A DNA stretch of 63,993 bases, the filler included, from Sphacelaria rigidula (taxonomy: Eukaryota), in the NCBI GenBank assembly GCA_964200075.2. It is 3 parts of 3 records of this genome, joined end to end, with 100 filler letters (N's around TTAATTAATTAA, not from the genome) between each part and the next. Parts side by side here need not be neighbours in the genome. Positions count along the whole stretch, not along the records: positions 43,685 to 63,993 come from CAXNAA020000546.1; 2 more parts are not named here. One strand, given 5' to 3'. The number at the start of each line of letters is the position of its first letter. Position 1 is the first letter of the stretch. Shown in pieces: positions 51,059 through 63,993 of this stretch. Below the pieces are notes generated by a model, which was not told the DNA's origin, did no database searches, and saw only the letters and a program-made list of their open reading frames with translations. A program made the position numbers and the translations under genes.

Positions 51059-54000
51059 ATGCCGTTTGCCTCAGCCAAAGATGCAGGAGACTTCACCGTG
51101 TTCAACATACACCACGGCTTCCCGGAGGGCATAGTCAGAGGGTTTAGGAGTGGCTTCTTGACTGACAATGTAAGTTGTACGAGGTTCTCGATTGCGAGCG
51201 GATCAAAAAGACCTGATGTCGCGCTCCTTTTTTGTCAGCATAAAATTGTACGTGTGTTATCTGGCGTGATGGCAGCTTTTTGCCCAATTCTTTGAAGGGT
51301 GCCAAATTCTGTAGGTGCTGGTTGAGCTTAGTGTAGATGGTGCCTTTCGGGTGTTCAACTCTGGTTTGCAACTCATACCTCTGTTGTTTTTGCTTGCAGT
51401 GCGTGTTTCACAGGGCATCTATTGTCCTTGTGCGGTTTGTGCTTCCAACGACAGACAGTATAAAACAGACGGTGCAGCTCAGTAAAATGGCACCTGTGTA
51501 AATCGACGTCAGCTAGGAGGGGAGGGCTCTGGGTTGTCGCTCCTTCCTTCGGCGAGATGTTCCCCGATCCCGTATTTTGTACTTGCTAGCAGTTGCCGCT
51601 ATGCCGTAACGTACGACTACTGTAAGCTGTCTTCAAGTAGAAGCTAACTCTCTCGTGGGGGTGATCAACTCCCCATTGATGGATGCGTGAGCAAAATTGC
51701 GGATTGGGTAAACGGCTCGCTAGACTCACTTACTTGTGAAGAGCTCTGAAAAACGTTTGCGCGTTTCCTCAGTGTGCGCTTATTATGTCTGTGTATCTGC
51801 GGTGACTCTTTGTACTTGGAGCTGCGGCTTGACGCTTCGGTACGTCGTACACGTCACAATAACTCCACTTTTCTTGCCTGAAAACATCTGGTAATGCCTC
51901 AATGAAGCGGGGTTGGCGCCCGAATTCCCTCTCGGGCCTCTCAAGGCGGCGATCGCACCATTAAAGAGGTTTAGAGTGTACTATTCATGGCAGTAACCAG
52001 CCGTGTGGTGCTTTTATCGTTGCACGACGGTACAGGTCCAGTAGAGAGAAGCAGATGGTAGTGTCGTCAAAATCCACCAGGTACTCCAACGATCGCTGAG
52101 TGAAGTCTACCGTAGGGCTCAGAGAAGAAGGACTACTTTGTGGGGTGCTGTCCCCCGCATGCTTATCTCCGCGAGTTGTCGAGATTAAAACGGCAGTAGT
52201 CCCCATTTTCACGGTCGCAGTTGTCTCGTTTGCGAGTAGGCTAACCCCGGTGAGCGTGCGCTGCAGAGGTTGTTCGACGCTCAAGTGCTTCGCTACACGT
52301 TCGGAGCTACCACCCCCGTTAAATCGGTTCAATTCGCTCATATCACCACGACCGCTACTAGCAGAAACGGCTGGAAGGCCCTGGCAGCCCTGATGATCAA
52401 ACGCACTGTGCATGAGCATGTGCAGGGGACGGCGAGGTATTGAGCCACTACGGGTGTCCCCACAAGGGATGACCTTGATAGACCTTTGGCAAATGTACCA
52501 AGTATGGCATGGACGTGTGTTGTAAACGCAACCGTGTCTACGAAAGCAACTACAATGATTAATACCCGTCACAACATACGGCGGGTAAAAGTGAGCTTGA
52601 ATATCAGACGGGCAAAACCGCTAGAGCTGGGTCGTGCATAAGGGACACCTCGTCCCCGGCCAGCCTCCCTCGCAGTACGATCCATGTAGATCGCAACCGG
52701 GGTAGGTTCCTTCAGTTGAGTACCAATGCAGTAGTTGAGGTCGGGATCTGGAATTTGAGTTTGGAAGCAGGCGGTTTCTCGTTGATGCCGCTTGATGGCT
52801 GAAAACACTGCAAAGCCGAGAGCGAGAAGATTCTGCACATCCCCGCCGTGCCCGAGAGATGTTACACGCACATTTCACATTTCACAGGATCGAAAGATCT
52901 CAGCGCAGAAGAAATGAACATACGATGCAACCAACTCTCGCGGATATTCGGCCGCCGGAAGCTATCCATTTCCACGAATTGCTATCGAGGTTGAAGAAAT
53001 GATGACCGTGGGGGTGCAGATATACTCGTACGTGCTTTCGTCACCTTCCTGTGGTCATGAGGGCTCGGCTTACCGTGTGATGTCTCCTCGCATGTTCCAA
53101 TCCTGTACGAATGCCCCACTCTTGATCCGCATCTTCCAGAACCGTTCTCGTCGTGTCTTCTGCGCATCCAGCATGGGTGATATAATGCTGCTCTTTCCCC
53201 GCCGTTTGTTCTTTTGCTTTTTTTTTTCCGTCCTCCGCAAGAGTTTATCGGGAATCCAACCATTCTTGTATGTATGCATGCTCTTGCGTATGTGTGCGCT
53301 GTCACATGCATTCAGAATCTCTCGCTACTCTCCATGCCCTGATGTTTTTTTCCACGAGCTTTTTTTTTCTTCTTTGGCCGAGTGAATGAATCGAAGAACA
53401 TGTGCTCTGGTGAAAGCTTGGTCTTTGTGCGTGTCCCCCCTTCCTCTCCGCGCGATGGACAACACGTCCATCAATCCATGTCATGTTCCAGGACTACAAC
53501 AACCTCTGCCAATGCGAGTCACTCGAGGACGTAAAGTTGAACCTTCAGGAGACCGACTACGACCAGTTCCTCTCTCAAGTGTCCAGGGTTACCCCAGCCG
53601 CTTTGCAGGACAAGGCAACCCGAAAACTGGTGAGATGAACGAATAGACAAGAAAATGGAGAGAGGAATTGCATGAGTAAGCGTGAAAACGTACGTGAGAG
53701 CGATGGGGGTGTGCGCCATCCATATGCGGCAGGCAGGGGCGCTTTCGTTGGCCGCAGGGCTTGTCTTGGCAGATTAGTTTTCGATCGACACTGTGCGGTG
53801 GAAAGCGAGAAAACCGATCTGATAGGTTATGATTTCAACCATCTTTAAAATTGACGACGATGGTTGAAACTACGACCTATCAGATCGGGATGTTTGCTTT
53901 CCGCTGCACAATTTCGATCGAAACCAACGTGCTAAGACAGGCCCTCACTCAGTTGACGTGTTGTGAAATAAATTCGACGGTACAAGTTTAAACGGCATGT

Positions 54001-57000
54001 CGAATCGTACCGTCCGGTCGTTGATTCTTGGTCGCACATCGAAGGCGGCGACATGCGTTGTCATGCATTCCGGACCGAAGAGGTGGACCGCCCCAGAGAG
54101 GTACTACAGATGGGAGGTGTCGAGTTGATTGATCTCGTGGAGTTTGAATCGACCTTGAATTTGATTGACATGAATGCATGCGTATTGATGGTTCGAGGCG
54201 CGACGCCAGCAGGCAGCCGCTGCCAAAAATACACGTTCAACGTACAACAGTGGTTGGTCGTCGCAATCGGTATATTCGTCAGCGTTTTTGTACTTCTTTA
54301 GCTGACGGAGTATACTGACTGTACCGCCCTTTCACGTGTGTTTATCTTCCCGCCACTTTTGCTACCCGCTTAACTTTTCCCTCTTCAGCGTTTTATATGG
54401 TCTGACCAGGGTAGCTTGGCAAAATTCATGTGTAGATATATGTATATATTCTGAAACAGATGGGAGATTTTTCGTCGCGTATCGTAATTCTTTCGTGAGG
54501 ACAATGATTGAAGACGGATCATACAGATTCGCGAAAAAAATAGCGAAATGGATGTGCTCTTCTCAAGGCTCTTTCTTGGTTGTCCAGCGCTCCAACACGC
54601 CTGTTCTCAGCACTGTACTATACTGTCGCATGTGGAGATGCATCATATTTCAGGTACGTTCGGCGAAGGTCAGCGTGTGGCTCGTGAGATGTTGGCGCGA
54701 AAAGTTTTGCTTGTGCGCAAATATTTTTTTGTTTTATCCGACGATTTTTTGGGTGTCTGGAATAAATCCTTGACGAGCGCGTCCTTCCGTTTGTACCGTG
54801 GAGGGGTTTTGCGTAGCGTTGTCCATCTCATCAGGTGGGTTCGAATGCTGTCGCTGCTTCATGTACGACATGCGGTATACATTCCCCCCCCCCCCCCCCT
54901 CCTTTACCTTCCCTTTCTTATTCATGAGTTGTAGCGGCTCACGTATATGTGCTTCACCAGTCAGGCACGATTTGCTTGTGGACACTGCATTCCAACTCAT
55001 ATTACTTTCGCCGTGTGCAGCAGCTGTTGACATGCGCGTGCTTCACTTCCCAGGCGAGAATTTGAATCGATTGATCGATTCATTGATTGTCGTGCATTTA
55101 TGTTCGATGGACCCCAGCACATTTGTTCGATTCTTTTTTCTCAGGGAGGGATACGTGACACGTGACGTTTTAACGTGACATACTCGAAAACACGTAACTT
55201 TAGGTCATTTAACGCTACTCAATATTTGATTTTTTGGATAAGACCTAATGTAACGTGATGTAACGTGTGGTCCCTCGCATGAACCTTAACATTGCGTTTT
55301 ACTCCCCAAACGTGACGAAAACTCTGCTTGTTTTCGTGAATATGTCACGTGTCGAAATTCACAAAAACGGCCTTTTTCACATCTGGAAAACACCATGAAA
55401 CACTGCTTCAAGATCCACATGTTACATCACGTTACGTTGCGTTTGTCTGAATGGCCCAAAGTTACGTTTTTTTTGGTTCTTTCAAATGTGTCACGTGTGT
55501 CACGTATCCCTCCCTGTTTTTTCTCTTTCCCCGTTCCCCTCGCTGTCTTTGATTGCAAGCCTGGTGCGTGAAAAACCCGGCGTGCTCCGTCTCGGTTTCA
55601 TAGGGATGCGAAGTCAACAGCCCTCTGACTACGATATGCAACATCATGAGCACCCCCCCCCCCCCCCCCGTTAATGTCTCATCATCAGTGTTAGCCGTTT
55701 TACTAATGATAATGACACCAATGTATGTGTTGATTCTGATACTGTGTGATTGCTTGCTACAGGTGACCGAGTTTAACTTCCTCAAGGCGAACTGCCAAGA
55801 GCCCCTAGCGACATTCCTGGAGTACATCACGTACGAGTACATGATCGAAAACGTGATGATGCTCCTTAAGGGAACCCTCTCCGGCCGAGACGTGAACGAG
55901 CTCATCGAGCAGTGCCACCCCATGGTGCGTTCCGCAAAAACCCACGCGCCAGACAAGGCGACAATCATAGTTTCGTTTGATGTTCGTGCCCCGTAAGGCG
56001 TCGGGGCGGTAGCATAGACGTACAGGCATGAGTATAGGACGACATATTTTCGTGGGTTGCCCTATCGGACCCGCGCGCATGGTACCGCGGTGGGGACGTT
56101 CCTGGGTTTTCTCTTCTCTTGTCAAGGTCAAGTATAGCTTTGTGAAGCTCTCCACCGGAGAAGGGAGAGCGCAGTTTCCCCCCTCCCCTCCCTCCCTTTT
56201 TACGGGTTATTTTTGTTCGTCAATACGTTCGAAAGTTCACCCGTTTATTTTTGTTTGTTCACGTACCTTAACAGCGAAACTTTGAAGAGAAACCGAAGAG
56301 GTTGCCCCACCTTTGCTCCCCCCCCCCCCTTAAAATTAAAAATTGCTTAATTTTTTTTTTTTCTGTTTTTTCTTATGTTTGGATGTGTTTGTTCAAGTAC
56401 CTTAACAGCGAAACTTTAAAAAAAAAACGAAAAGGTTGCCCCACCTTTGCCCCCCCCCCCCCAAAAAAAAAAAAAGAGCAAAATGTAATTTTGTCCTGTA
56501 TCGCACGGAGTAAGAAAGGTCTGTAGCACGAGCGTGTGTTGATGTTGACTGGTTTGCATTTTTTTTCCCCCGTTTCGTGCAGTCTGCGCTCATGTGTCTT
56601 GATGCGTCCATCGTGTTGACATGACAGTAATTTAGGAACTGATAAATCGACTAGTTTCAGCTCGTTGCAAGAACTAAGCCCTGCATGAAGTCAACTTGCC
56701 TTTATCCCTGTGCTCGGATGTATGTCCGTCACTCCTGCTCTCCGTATCTTTACCTGTTTATCTCTGTTCCTTTCATGTTGCCTCATCTGGTGTGGGCGCT
56801 GTCTTGCATTACCGTTTTTTTTATTTTTGGCGTCATGCAGGGTCTATTTAAGGACTCCACAATGCGGCTGATTCCCGCGTTCGAGGCCTCCCCCAAGGGC
56901 TATGCTGATCTTTACCAGACCGTGCTCGTGGACACTCCGATCGGTCCCTACTTCAGCCAGTTCTTGGAGCAGCAGAACGAGAGGCTAGCCAACGCCGGGC

Positions 57001-60000
57001 AGGTGATGGATGTACAATGTCTGTCCGTTCGCTCGGATATTGAAATAGACTCTGACCCGCGCTCTCTGTCCGCGTCGCAATTAATTTCACGCGACGACAT
57101 ACTACTCGTTTTTGGCGTGATAAAATAGGTTGCGCTACGTTTTGTTATGCGATGTTGGACACGAAAAATCAGTAACGGGCGCTGCTTCATCTCGTGGAAT
57201 GCTTTCACAATCCGTACTTGGCAGTTTTCTCCGAGGTATGCACCCCCCTCTTCCCCACTCCCCCTCAAAAAGAGCTACCAAAGAAATAGTGTTGAGTATA
57301 TATATATATATATATATATCGCGGTTTTGAAAGACCCTACGACGTGAAGGCCTAACGACTATGCCAGCGTTCCTATTGAGCGGGCCAAATCGAGCAGCTG
57401 AGAATATTCCTCGGGCCGAGTAAATCGACACGGGGGGTGAGTTGATTGGATGTCTTATGCGATATTCGCTGCTCGTCCGCTGTTGTTCACAGGGGAGACG
57501 TCACCCCCGAAGATAAAAAACGGCAAGCATTCTGTGAAATAAAACTTGAGAAGGGGCAGAAGAGATGGGGCAAGAGGAAACAAATAGAGCAAGCTGGAAA
57601 ATACATGAACGAAGGGAAACGAAAGAACCGAGACGTTGGCGCCGATGTGTCTCTGCGTCAGGCCTCACGATCTCTGACCAGTAAGACCATGCTTCCGCGA
57701 TGCTTCCTCTTTCAGTAATGCTCATCTCGCCGCCGTGTGTGTGTATGTGTGCGTGTGCGTGTGTGTGACCCGATCGGATATGTTGCGTCGCTTGATGCTG
57801 TACATGTCAGGTGCGAGACGTGCTGGAGGAGGTGGAGATCGAGATTATCAAGAACTCCCTGATGAAGGTATTTGACCTGACTCTTTTCTCGTTTTTGTTG
57901 AGCACTCTGCTGGGGTTTATGCCCGAAGTACCGATCCCCACAGCCCCGCGGATCGCTTGTATTCTTCCCTCGGCCCCCCTGCCTCGATCTACCAGGAAAA
58001 AATATAATTTTCATTGCTCGGGTCGGGCATTGTGAACGAGGTTCACATGATGAGAGATGAGGGCGGGATCAGTGCCTGTTGAGATTTTTTTTCGAGTGCC
58101 GAGAATTTTTCATGCAGAGGTCGTAAACAGCGTCACCTACGTTACGTGGTTATACTCCATTCGGGCATGTGTGTTGTGACTGTCTTGGAGCGTTGAAATT
58201 GACACGAAGCGTTGTAAGATTTTGCGGCACAATATTGCGGCCACGTAAATGCATCACCGCCGTTTGAGGATGTTCTGCGACACCTTCGGCTTTGGAACTA
58301 TTATCAATTTGGTGAACAAAGCATTTTCTATGTGGCTCTTGTGTCCTGGAATCATTTCGAGACTGATAGCCGCTCCGGCCGTTGTTGCTCTGTTTTACGG
58401 TTCCCACGCCGTCCTTCGGCACCCGCGCCGTCCTTTGTCCCTTTCCTTCTTTTTACTTGGGCAGTTGTATCTGGAAGATTTCCACAGATTCTGCCAGGAG
58501 ATCGGAGGGGACACCGGCCCCATCATGTGCCAGCTTCTGGTAAGGGGTGTTTGTCTTATACCTGTGGTGTGGAGGATGACCTACTGAGAGGGAACGACTA
58601 TCACAACATTCTTGTGAGCAACACGAAGCCTTTTCGCCCCTAATTTTTCTACTCGTGTTTTTTTTCCTTCACGAGGGTTCCTTCGTCTGGTGCCGTAGAT
58701 TCTACTTCCCATCAGTTTTCATTTTTTTTTTAACTTTGTCCCTTTCGGTTCGTATGTGTAACCCTTTTGTCCACCAGAACGAGATATTTGGTGAAATCGG
58801 CATAAAATTCACTCGAGCAATGTGTGTAAGACCCAGATGACCCCACCCTGACGGTCAAACGGTTGAATCGCTGCTCTATGCCTGGCGATGCCTCGACGTC
58901 GCTCTTCCAGTGAAGATGATGGTAGTTCTACAGGTGTACACTCTGGGGGCGTATTTGAAACAACGATGATTTTTTTTTCTACTGATTCGCTAAGAGTGCA
59001 GCCATGGTTCCAAGCTGGACGTCGCCTAAGCTAATTATATGATGTAACCCGATGTTTCGATCCGGCGGACAAAAATGCAGGAAGCGCGCGCCGATCGCGG
59101 TGCCATCAACATCACCCTCAACTCCTTCGGCGGCCCCCTTAACGAGCCGATGATGCGTACCTCGGACCGCAAGAGGCTGTACCCTGCCATCGGCACCTTG
59201 TACCCGGAGGCGACCAACTCATTCCAGGTACACCATCAATTGTGTGGATAACCGTGTCGAAAATCCAACGAGATTAAAGTTCGATACGATTTTCTAAAAT
59301 ATCGACGAAAAACGTCGATATCGATATTTATTCGATACTCGCAAAATGGCCAAACAACCGGTTTACTGGTTTCCTGGGCCTTGTTTGCTGTTCTTGAAAG
59401 GTCATTTGCAAGATAGGGGAGGCGGGGGTGGGGGAGGGGGGATGATGATGAGAACGCACTACCCCCTCCCCTTTCGGGCTGGCGGGGTCCCCCGAGAGAG
59501 CCAGTTTGCGTATCGAAAGTATCGGCTTACCAGCTCACGATTCTGATACTGAGAACTGCCGAAAATCGTGATCGATATTCGATATTTCGATACACGATTT
59601 TCAACACTGGTTGATACTGGCCGACGTTCAACCGGAAAATTGTCTTTGTACATGGATGAGAGGGTTCACACCCAAATTAGTGCGGTCGTAGAAAATGAGC
59701 CGCGAACTTTTCTCACGGCGTGTTGCTTTTCACGACTGGGTATGAGTGTGCCTCTGTGCGAGACCTGTTCCAACGAAGTCATTTGGCACACAGGCCGACC
59801 ATTTTTTTTCATGGTCTACTCTGCTGTTTCGTCCTGCCTTTTCTGTTGATTGATTTTTCTGTGGTGAGTGTGTCAGGGTCAGTTTTTTTTTTTCTTGTGT
59901 ACGTCTATCGTGCGACCACGGCTGAATCCCTGTGGAGTCAGCTAAGGCGTGACAATCAATCAATCAAATTTCGTGTTGACGGGCGTCGATCAAGAAAAAA

Positions 60001-60671
60001 AAAGGCATTTTTTTGCGGTCACCCCATCACGTACGTCATCATCATGGTAAACGTGTAATACCGAAGTCGGGAGATGCGCAGATTGTCAGGACAGTGCCCC
60101 AATCAATTTTTAATGGAACGTACTTTTCTAGGATCAATTTTGAACGGCTTATTGGCTTATCGGTCGTCTGGGGTCCCAAGAGCACACAGCCCTCAGGCTT
60201 TGACTGTCCGATACATCCCGTTGATCGAGTCAGTCCTCACTGTTTCTGTGAGCAGTCACCCAGCCTCTGGTTTTGTACTAGTGGTTTTCAGCTACTAATT
60301 GGGCTGCAGCGGAAACGTCGTGGTACGAGCTAACGCACGCGAATATGACCCCCCTCCGCCCCTTCTGCAAGAAAACGGTTGTTTTTCCCGTGTCGTCCCG
60401 ACGGTTCTTTCCCCGTGTTATCCCGATAACCCGAAACTGAGAAGCGTGAGTATTTCTCGCGAGTGACCTGTTTCTTGTGCACATGTTCACCGATTGCAGA
60501 ACTTCCGAGTGAAAATGAAGAATAGGCTTGCGAAACAGTGCCAGTCCAGGTGAAATCTCCGTCTTCTTTTTTTCCCACTTGTTGATGCTTCAGATACACC
60601 TCGGCATTGACAATGCGTGACGCCAAGCGTACGATGATATGTGAAAAAACTATTACCCTCCTTTGTAGGAG

Positions 60672-60717
<46 letters not shown>

Positions 60718-63055
60718 CTCACTGTCACTCTCACTCTGTTAAGGATTTTTAGTCATTCTAGATCTGAGCTTATTGACTAGATAATTCATGTGTTGATGCT
60801 AAAACCTTCGTTCACATGTAACTTTTTGTGTATGTGTGTGTGTTTTTTTCCAGGATGTGGGCGACGAAGCGCAGCTAGCGGCCGTACTGGATATGTATCC
60901 CGTGTACCGCGCCATTTGGGCTGTGCACCAGAACGAAGCGTTCGGAGACAAGGTGATGATTGAAGGGTGCAGCTTGTTCCCGGGGAGAAATGTCGTTGCT
61001 GTTGCGGTGGTTCGTTGTCGGACGGTGTTGTTGGAAGAGTTATTTTTCATATGCTTCCTTGTATTCTGGGTGTTTTCCGTCGTTAAACATTATTTATTTA
61101 TTTTCGCTGTTCTGGTTACTCTGCCAACGTCTCTTACACATGCCTCTATGTACGCCTTCCCTTCATCTTTGGGTATAGTCGCGATTTGGTGGCAAATTTT
61201 TTCGTTAAACTCACCACCTCCTGACAGTTTTTTCGGGTCGAGTATGTAGATCTCTTACGAATTTGGGAGAGTTGAGTTTTTTTTCTACCCCCGTTTTTTT
61301 TCTTACTTGTGATGTATTGAGTGCTTTTGCCTCCCTTGCGGTCATTGTTTGCGCATTGAATTGTATTCACACGTGGCGCATTTTTGCCGCGATGACTATG
61401 TTGCCCTTGGTGCAGTCGATCGACGACGCCTTCTTCGAGCGAGACGTGGAGATGCTAGAGCTGGCGTTCGAGGGGCAGATGCACTTTGGCTGCTTCTACG
61501 CATATGTCAAGCTGAAGGAGCAGGTACAGCATGCGCTTGGGTGGTTTGTTTATTGACTACACCGCCCGGATATAATATTACTGCGGGTTTCGTTTTTTCT
61601 TCTTCTCTGGCCTGCGTCATATGTTGAAGCACATCACATGCTCTTGTTTCTTCGTTTTTTATTCGTCTGGCGTTGCTGCGGAATATAAATACCTCGGCTT
61701 TGATGCATTTGTTGGGATGGTGCAAAATGTGAGTCGTCACAGCGTTTCACGTGCGAGGCAAGCTATAATAGTCACATGACCATGTTTGACACGGGGACAC
61801 GATGGCCATCTTTGAAGCAGACGGCTTGGGGGAAGATCTCACGTGACCATCGTTGGAGCAGTCACGGCTTTCACGCGGGTGGCCCCGCTTTTTGAGTCGG
61901 CATTTTGGAACATTAAAAGTGCAAAACAAGGCACGAGCGAAACGCCGCAGTTGTTGCGAACGTGTTTAACTCAATCAATGACCTAGAAACAGCTGCGTCC
62001 CAGGTGGTGTAATGGTCCAACTGTCACCTTCAAGGTGGAAAGAAACCGGGTTCGATTCCCGATGTGTTTGGTTTTTCTTCGGAGTATCTGATTCCACCGT
62101 TGAAAGCGTGGGTACGTGAGTAAACAAGAGGTGGTTGAATGAGATTCGTTTGGCGAGAGTTGACGCGATCCGGGGAATGCTGGCAGTCATGACCCGATCC
62201 GATAGACCAAAATGAAAGGCCTGTACCGCGCGAGAGATGAGTTGATCCCTTGAGACCACGAACTCATCCCAAGGGAGGGGAGGGCTTCAAAGGGCGACAT
62301 ATAAAAATAGTAATGATCACAACATCAAGAAGGCCGGACCCGAGAACACCCACACGGCTCTTCAGCGATGGTAAAACGCTGCGGGGTGAATTGTCCGCAG
62401 GATTCAAATCAGTCTCGTTAGGGGAAGGGTTGGTGAAGTTGCAGCTCTGTTCGCGCTAGAAAATATTGTGTGTGCAAAAATGCAAAAGCGCTGGGTTTTG
62501 AGTTTTTCATCGAATTGTCTCCGTTTCCTTCTGAAATATAACATCCTTTGGTGGGCATCTTCCGTGTTGAAATTGCGATAAGTTTTGAAAAGTCACACGG
62601 CTGACTTTTTGTACGGGGGAGGAACAAGAAGAAGGCTATTGGGCAACATGCAAACTGAAGACAGTTACCGGTGCATGGCTCTGTAGCTTCAACGTCCGTC
62701 TCCTTCTCCGCTGAAAGTACAGTCCAATAGATGATATCGTAGGTACAAACTTTGCACTTGACGCAACCCCCCCCCCCCCCATCATCCGAACCTCGTGCGG
62801 AGAAAAACTGGCGTGTTCCATTCCCACTTCGTGAAGATGCAAGGTGAGCGGTTCCGTGACTATGGCATGCAATATCACGAGTACACCCCCCTTCACCATC
62901 GTGTCGCCGCCGTGCTTACCGTACTGCAGGAAATCCGTAACTTGGTATGGATATCGGAGTGCATCGTGCAGCAGCAGCGCGATGAGATCGGGAAGTACAT
63001 CCCGCTCTTCAGTGAATCCGCCGCATGGAAGGTAGCGCGGCGCATGGCGAGATGA
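51059..63055 (+). CDS. VMA6: V-type proton ATPase V0 subunit d (Vma6/ATP6V0D); 10 exons, ~394 aa
   Basis: Exons 51059-51169, 53492-53629, 55763-55924, 56841-57002, 57811-57867, 58465-58539, 59081-59227, 60854-60952, 61416-61523, 62930-63055. Conserved motifs: [113 protein letters not shown]. Confidence 0.96.
53755..53946. mobile_element. Short palindromic MITE
   Basis: Termini CAGGGCTTGTCTTGGCA / TGCTAAGACAGGCCCT, with inner arms CCGATCTGATAGGT / ACCTATCAGATCGG. Confidence 0.7.
55142..55516. mobile_element. hAT-type MITE in V-ATPase d intron 2
   Basis: TIR CAGGGAGGGATACGTGACAC / GTGTCACGTATCCCTCCCTG with a perfect 8-bp TSD TTTTTTCT. Confidence 0.88.
59252..59609. mobile_element. Older TATCG-rich hAT-like MITE in V-ATPase d intron 7
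   Basis: Termini CCGTGTCGAAAATC / GATTTTCAACACTG. Flanks GTGGATAA / GTTGATAC (6/8 match). Confidence 0.62.
60675..60713. repeat. (CT)n microsatellite
   Basis: About 19 uninterrupted CT units. Confidence 0.95.
61996..62312 (+). mobile_element. tRNA-derived SINE (family A), copy 2
   Basis: A box TGGTGTAATGGT and B box GGTTCGATTCCC. The body is collinear with 29101-29415. Confidence 0.8.
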
Positions 63056-63993
63056 TGGGAGCGAGCGGTGTTCGTCTGCCTTTCTCGAGACGCGCTTGAC
63101 GCGTCTTTCCTATCGCGATCGTGGTGTACGCTTCACCGTGAACTTGGCGGCAGCGTTGCACTCTGTGCGAGAGTAGATGAAGCCATCCCTGTCGCCCTCG
63201 ACGTGGGTTTCAGGTCTACATTTTGATGGATCCACAAGAGGTGTCGCCTTCGATGGGTGGATGCAAACAGCGGTCGTGGAAGTGCCAATGCACGAGTGTA
63301 GACCGCATGCGCGTTCGAGGTCGTGGGTGACAAAATCCGTTTTTGCTCTCCTCTTTTTGTTTTGTCTTGTTTCTTGTTTCTTGTCGTCTTCGTTTTTCTC
63401 CAGTCTCGTGAAGAATGTATTCTGTGGTACAGTACAGTTGTTTCATTTTCGGAGGAGGTATGTGCGTGAAGATTTTACATATTTGCGGTGTCCGTTTGTT
63501 CGTGACGCCGTTGCGTAGGACGCTTGCAGGGTTGCGCACCCAGACATTCGACAACAGCGGTGCATGCGGGGGAAGTAGACCTGGCACGCGCGCCGGGCCG
63601 GCTGGTATAGAGTGTCGTGCGCCGTTCCATGGCGCAAGCTAGTCTGCATTAACCATGCTTAACTTTTTTATTTCGTGTCCTCTCTGGGGGGCAAGGTTTA
63701 AGGCTGAGTGTTGGGGATTCGACACTGACCTCCAGTGGTCACAGTAGTCAGTGTAGCGAAGCACGTTGCGATTCTCTCCTGTTTTGGTCAAAAAATGGAT
63801 CCTGTCATGCTCCACTTCGACCAAAATACACGTTCACTCGAGGTCCTCTGTTACGGATTGCGGCGTGGCGTGGTGGATAAGGGTAGTACGATGATGGGCC
63901 GTCGATTCAAAACGACTTACGCGCCCGGAGGGCTGATTGCGGGACTGGCTAGTACCGCAGTCAGGGGTGAGGCGTTATGTAAATCCGTCGAGA

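Noticed and set aside
51985-52878. 195-aa and 100-aa minus-strand ORFs in V-ATPase d intron 1
   Set aside because: No recognisable motifs or splice structure. They may be a decayed repeat, but this cannot be supported.

Overview
Intron-rich eukaryotic genomic DNA, most consistent with a brown alga (Phaeophyceae or a related stramenopile). This is inferred from short exons, long GT-AG introns, roughly 50% GC, and the stramenopile-like V-ATPase d and GCPWD-repeat proteins. Two 100-nt assembly spacers (N-run + TTAATTAATTAA + N-run; 21744-21843 and 43585-43684) split the window into three contigs. Three complete spliced genes could be rebuilt by hand: a 6-exon F-box-like plus 27-aa ankyrin-like repeat gene (+, 1923-17046); a 12-exon membrane-anchored UDP-glycosyltransferase (GT1/UGT)-fold gene with altered catalytic and UDP-binding residues (-, 23117-32925); and a 10-exon V-ATPase V0 subunit d gene (+, 51059-63055). 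The first exon of GOT1 is also present but cut off by a gap. Introns and intergenic DNA are packed with non-autonomous elements: hAT-type MITEs with 8-bp TSDs, Harbinger-type palindromic MITEs, piggyBac-like concatemers and two tRNA-derived SINE families. The most unusual unexplained signals are (i) a ~350-nt back-to-back chain of G-U-containing hairpins at 45349-45705, a candidate structured RNA or RNA-virus-derived insert; (ii) a triple tandem array of long fold-backs at 35790-37240; and (iii) the apparently pseudo-enzymatic UGT. Most entries in the supplied ORF track are spurious.
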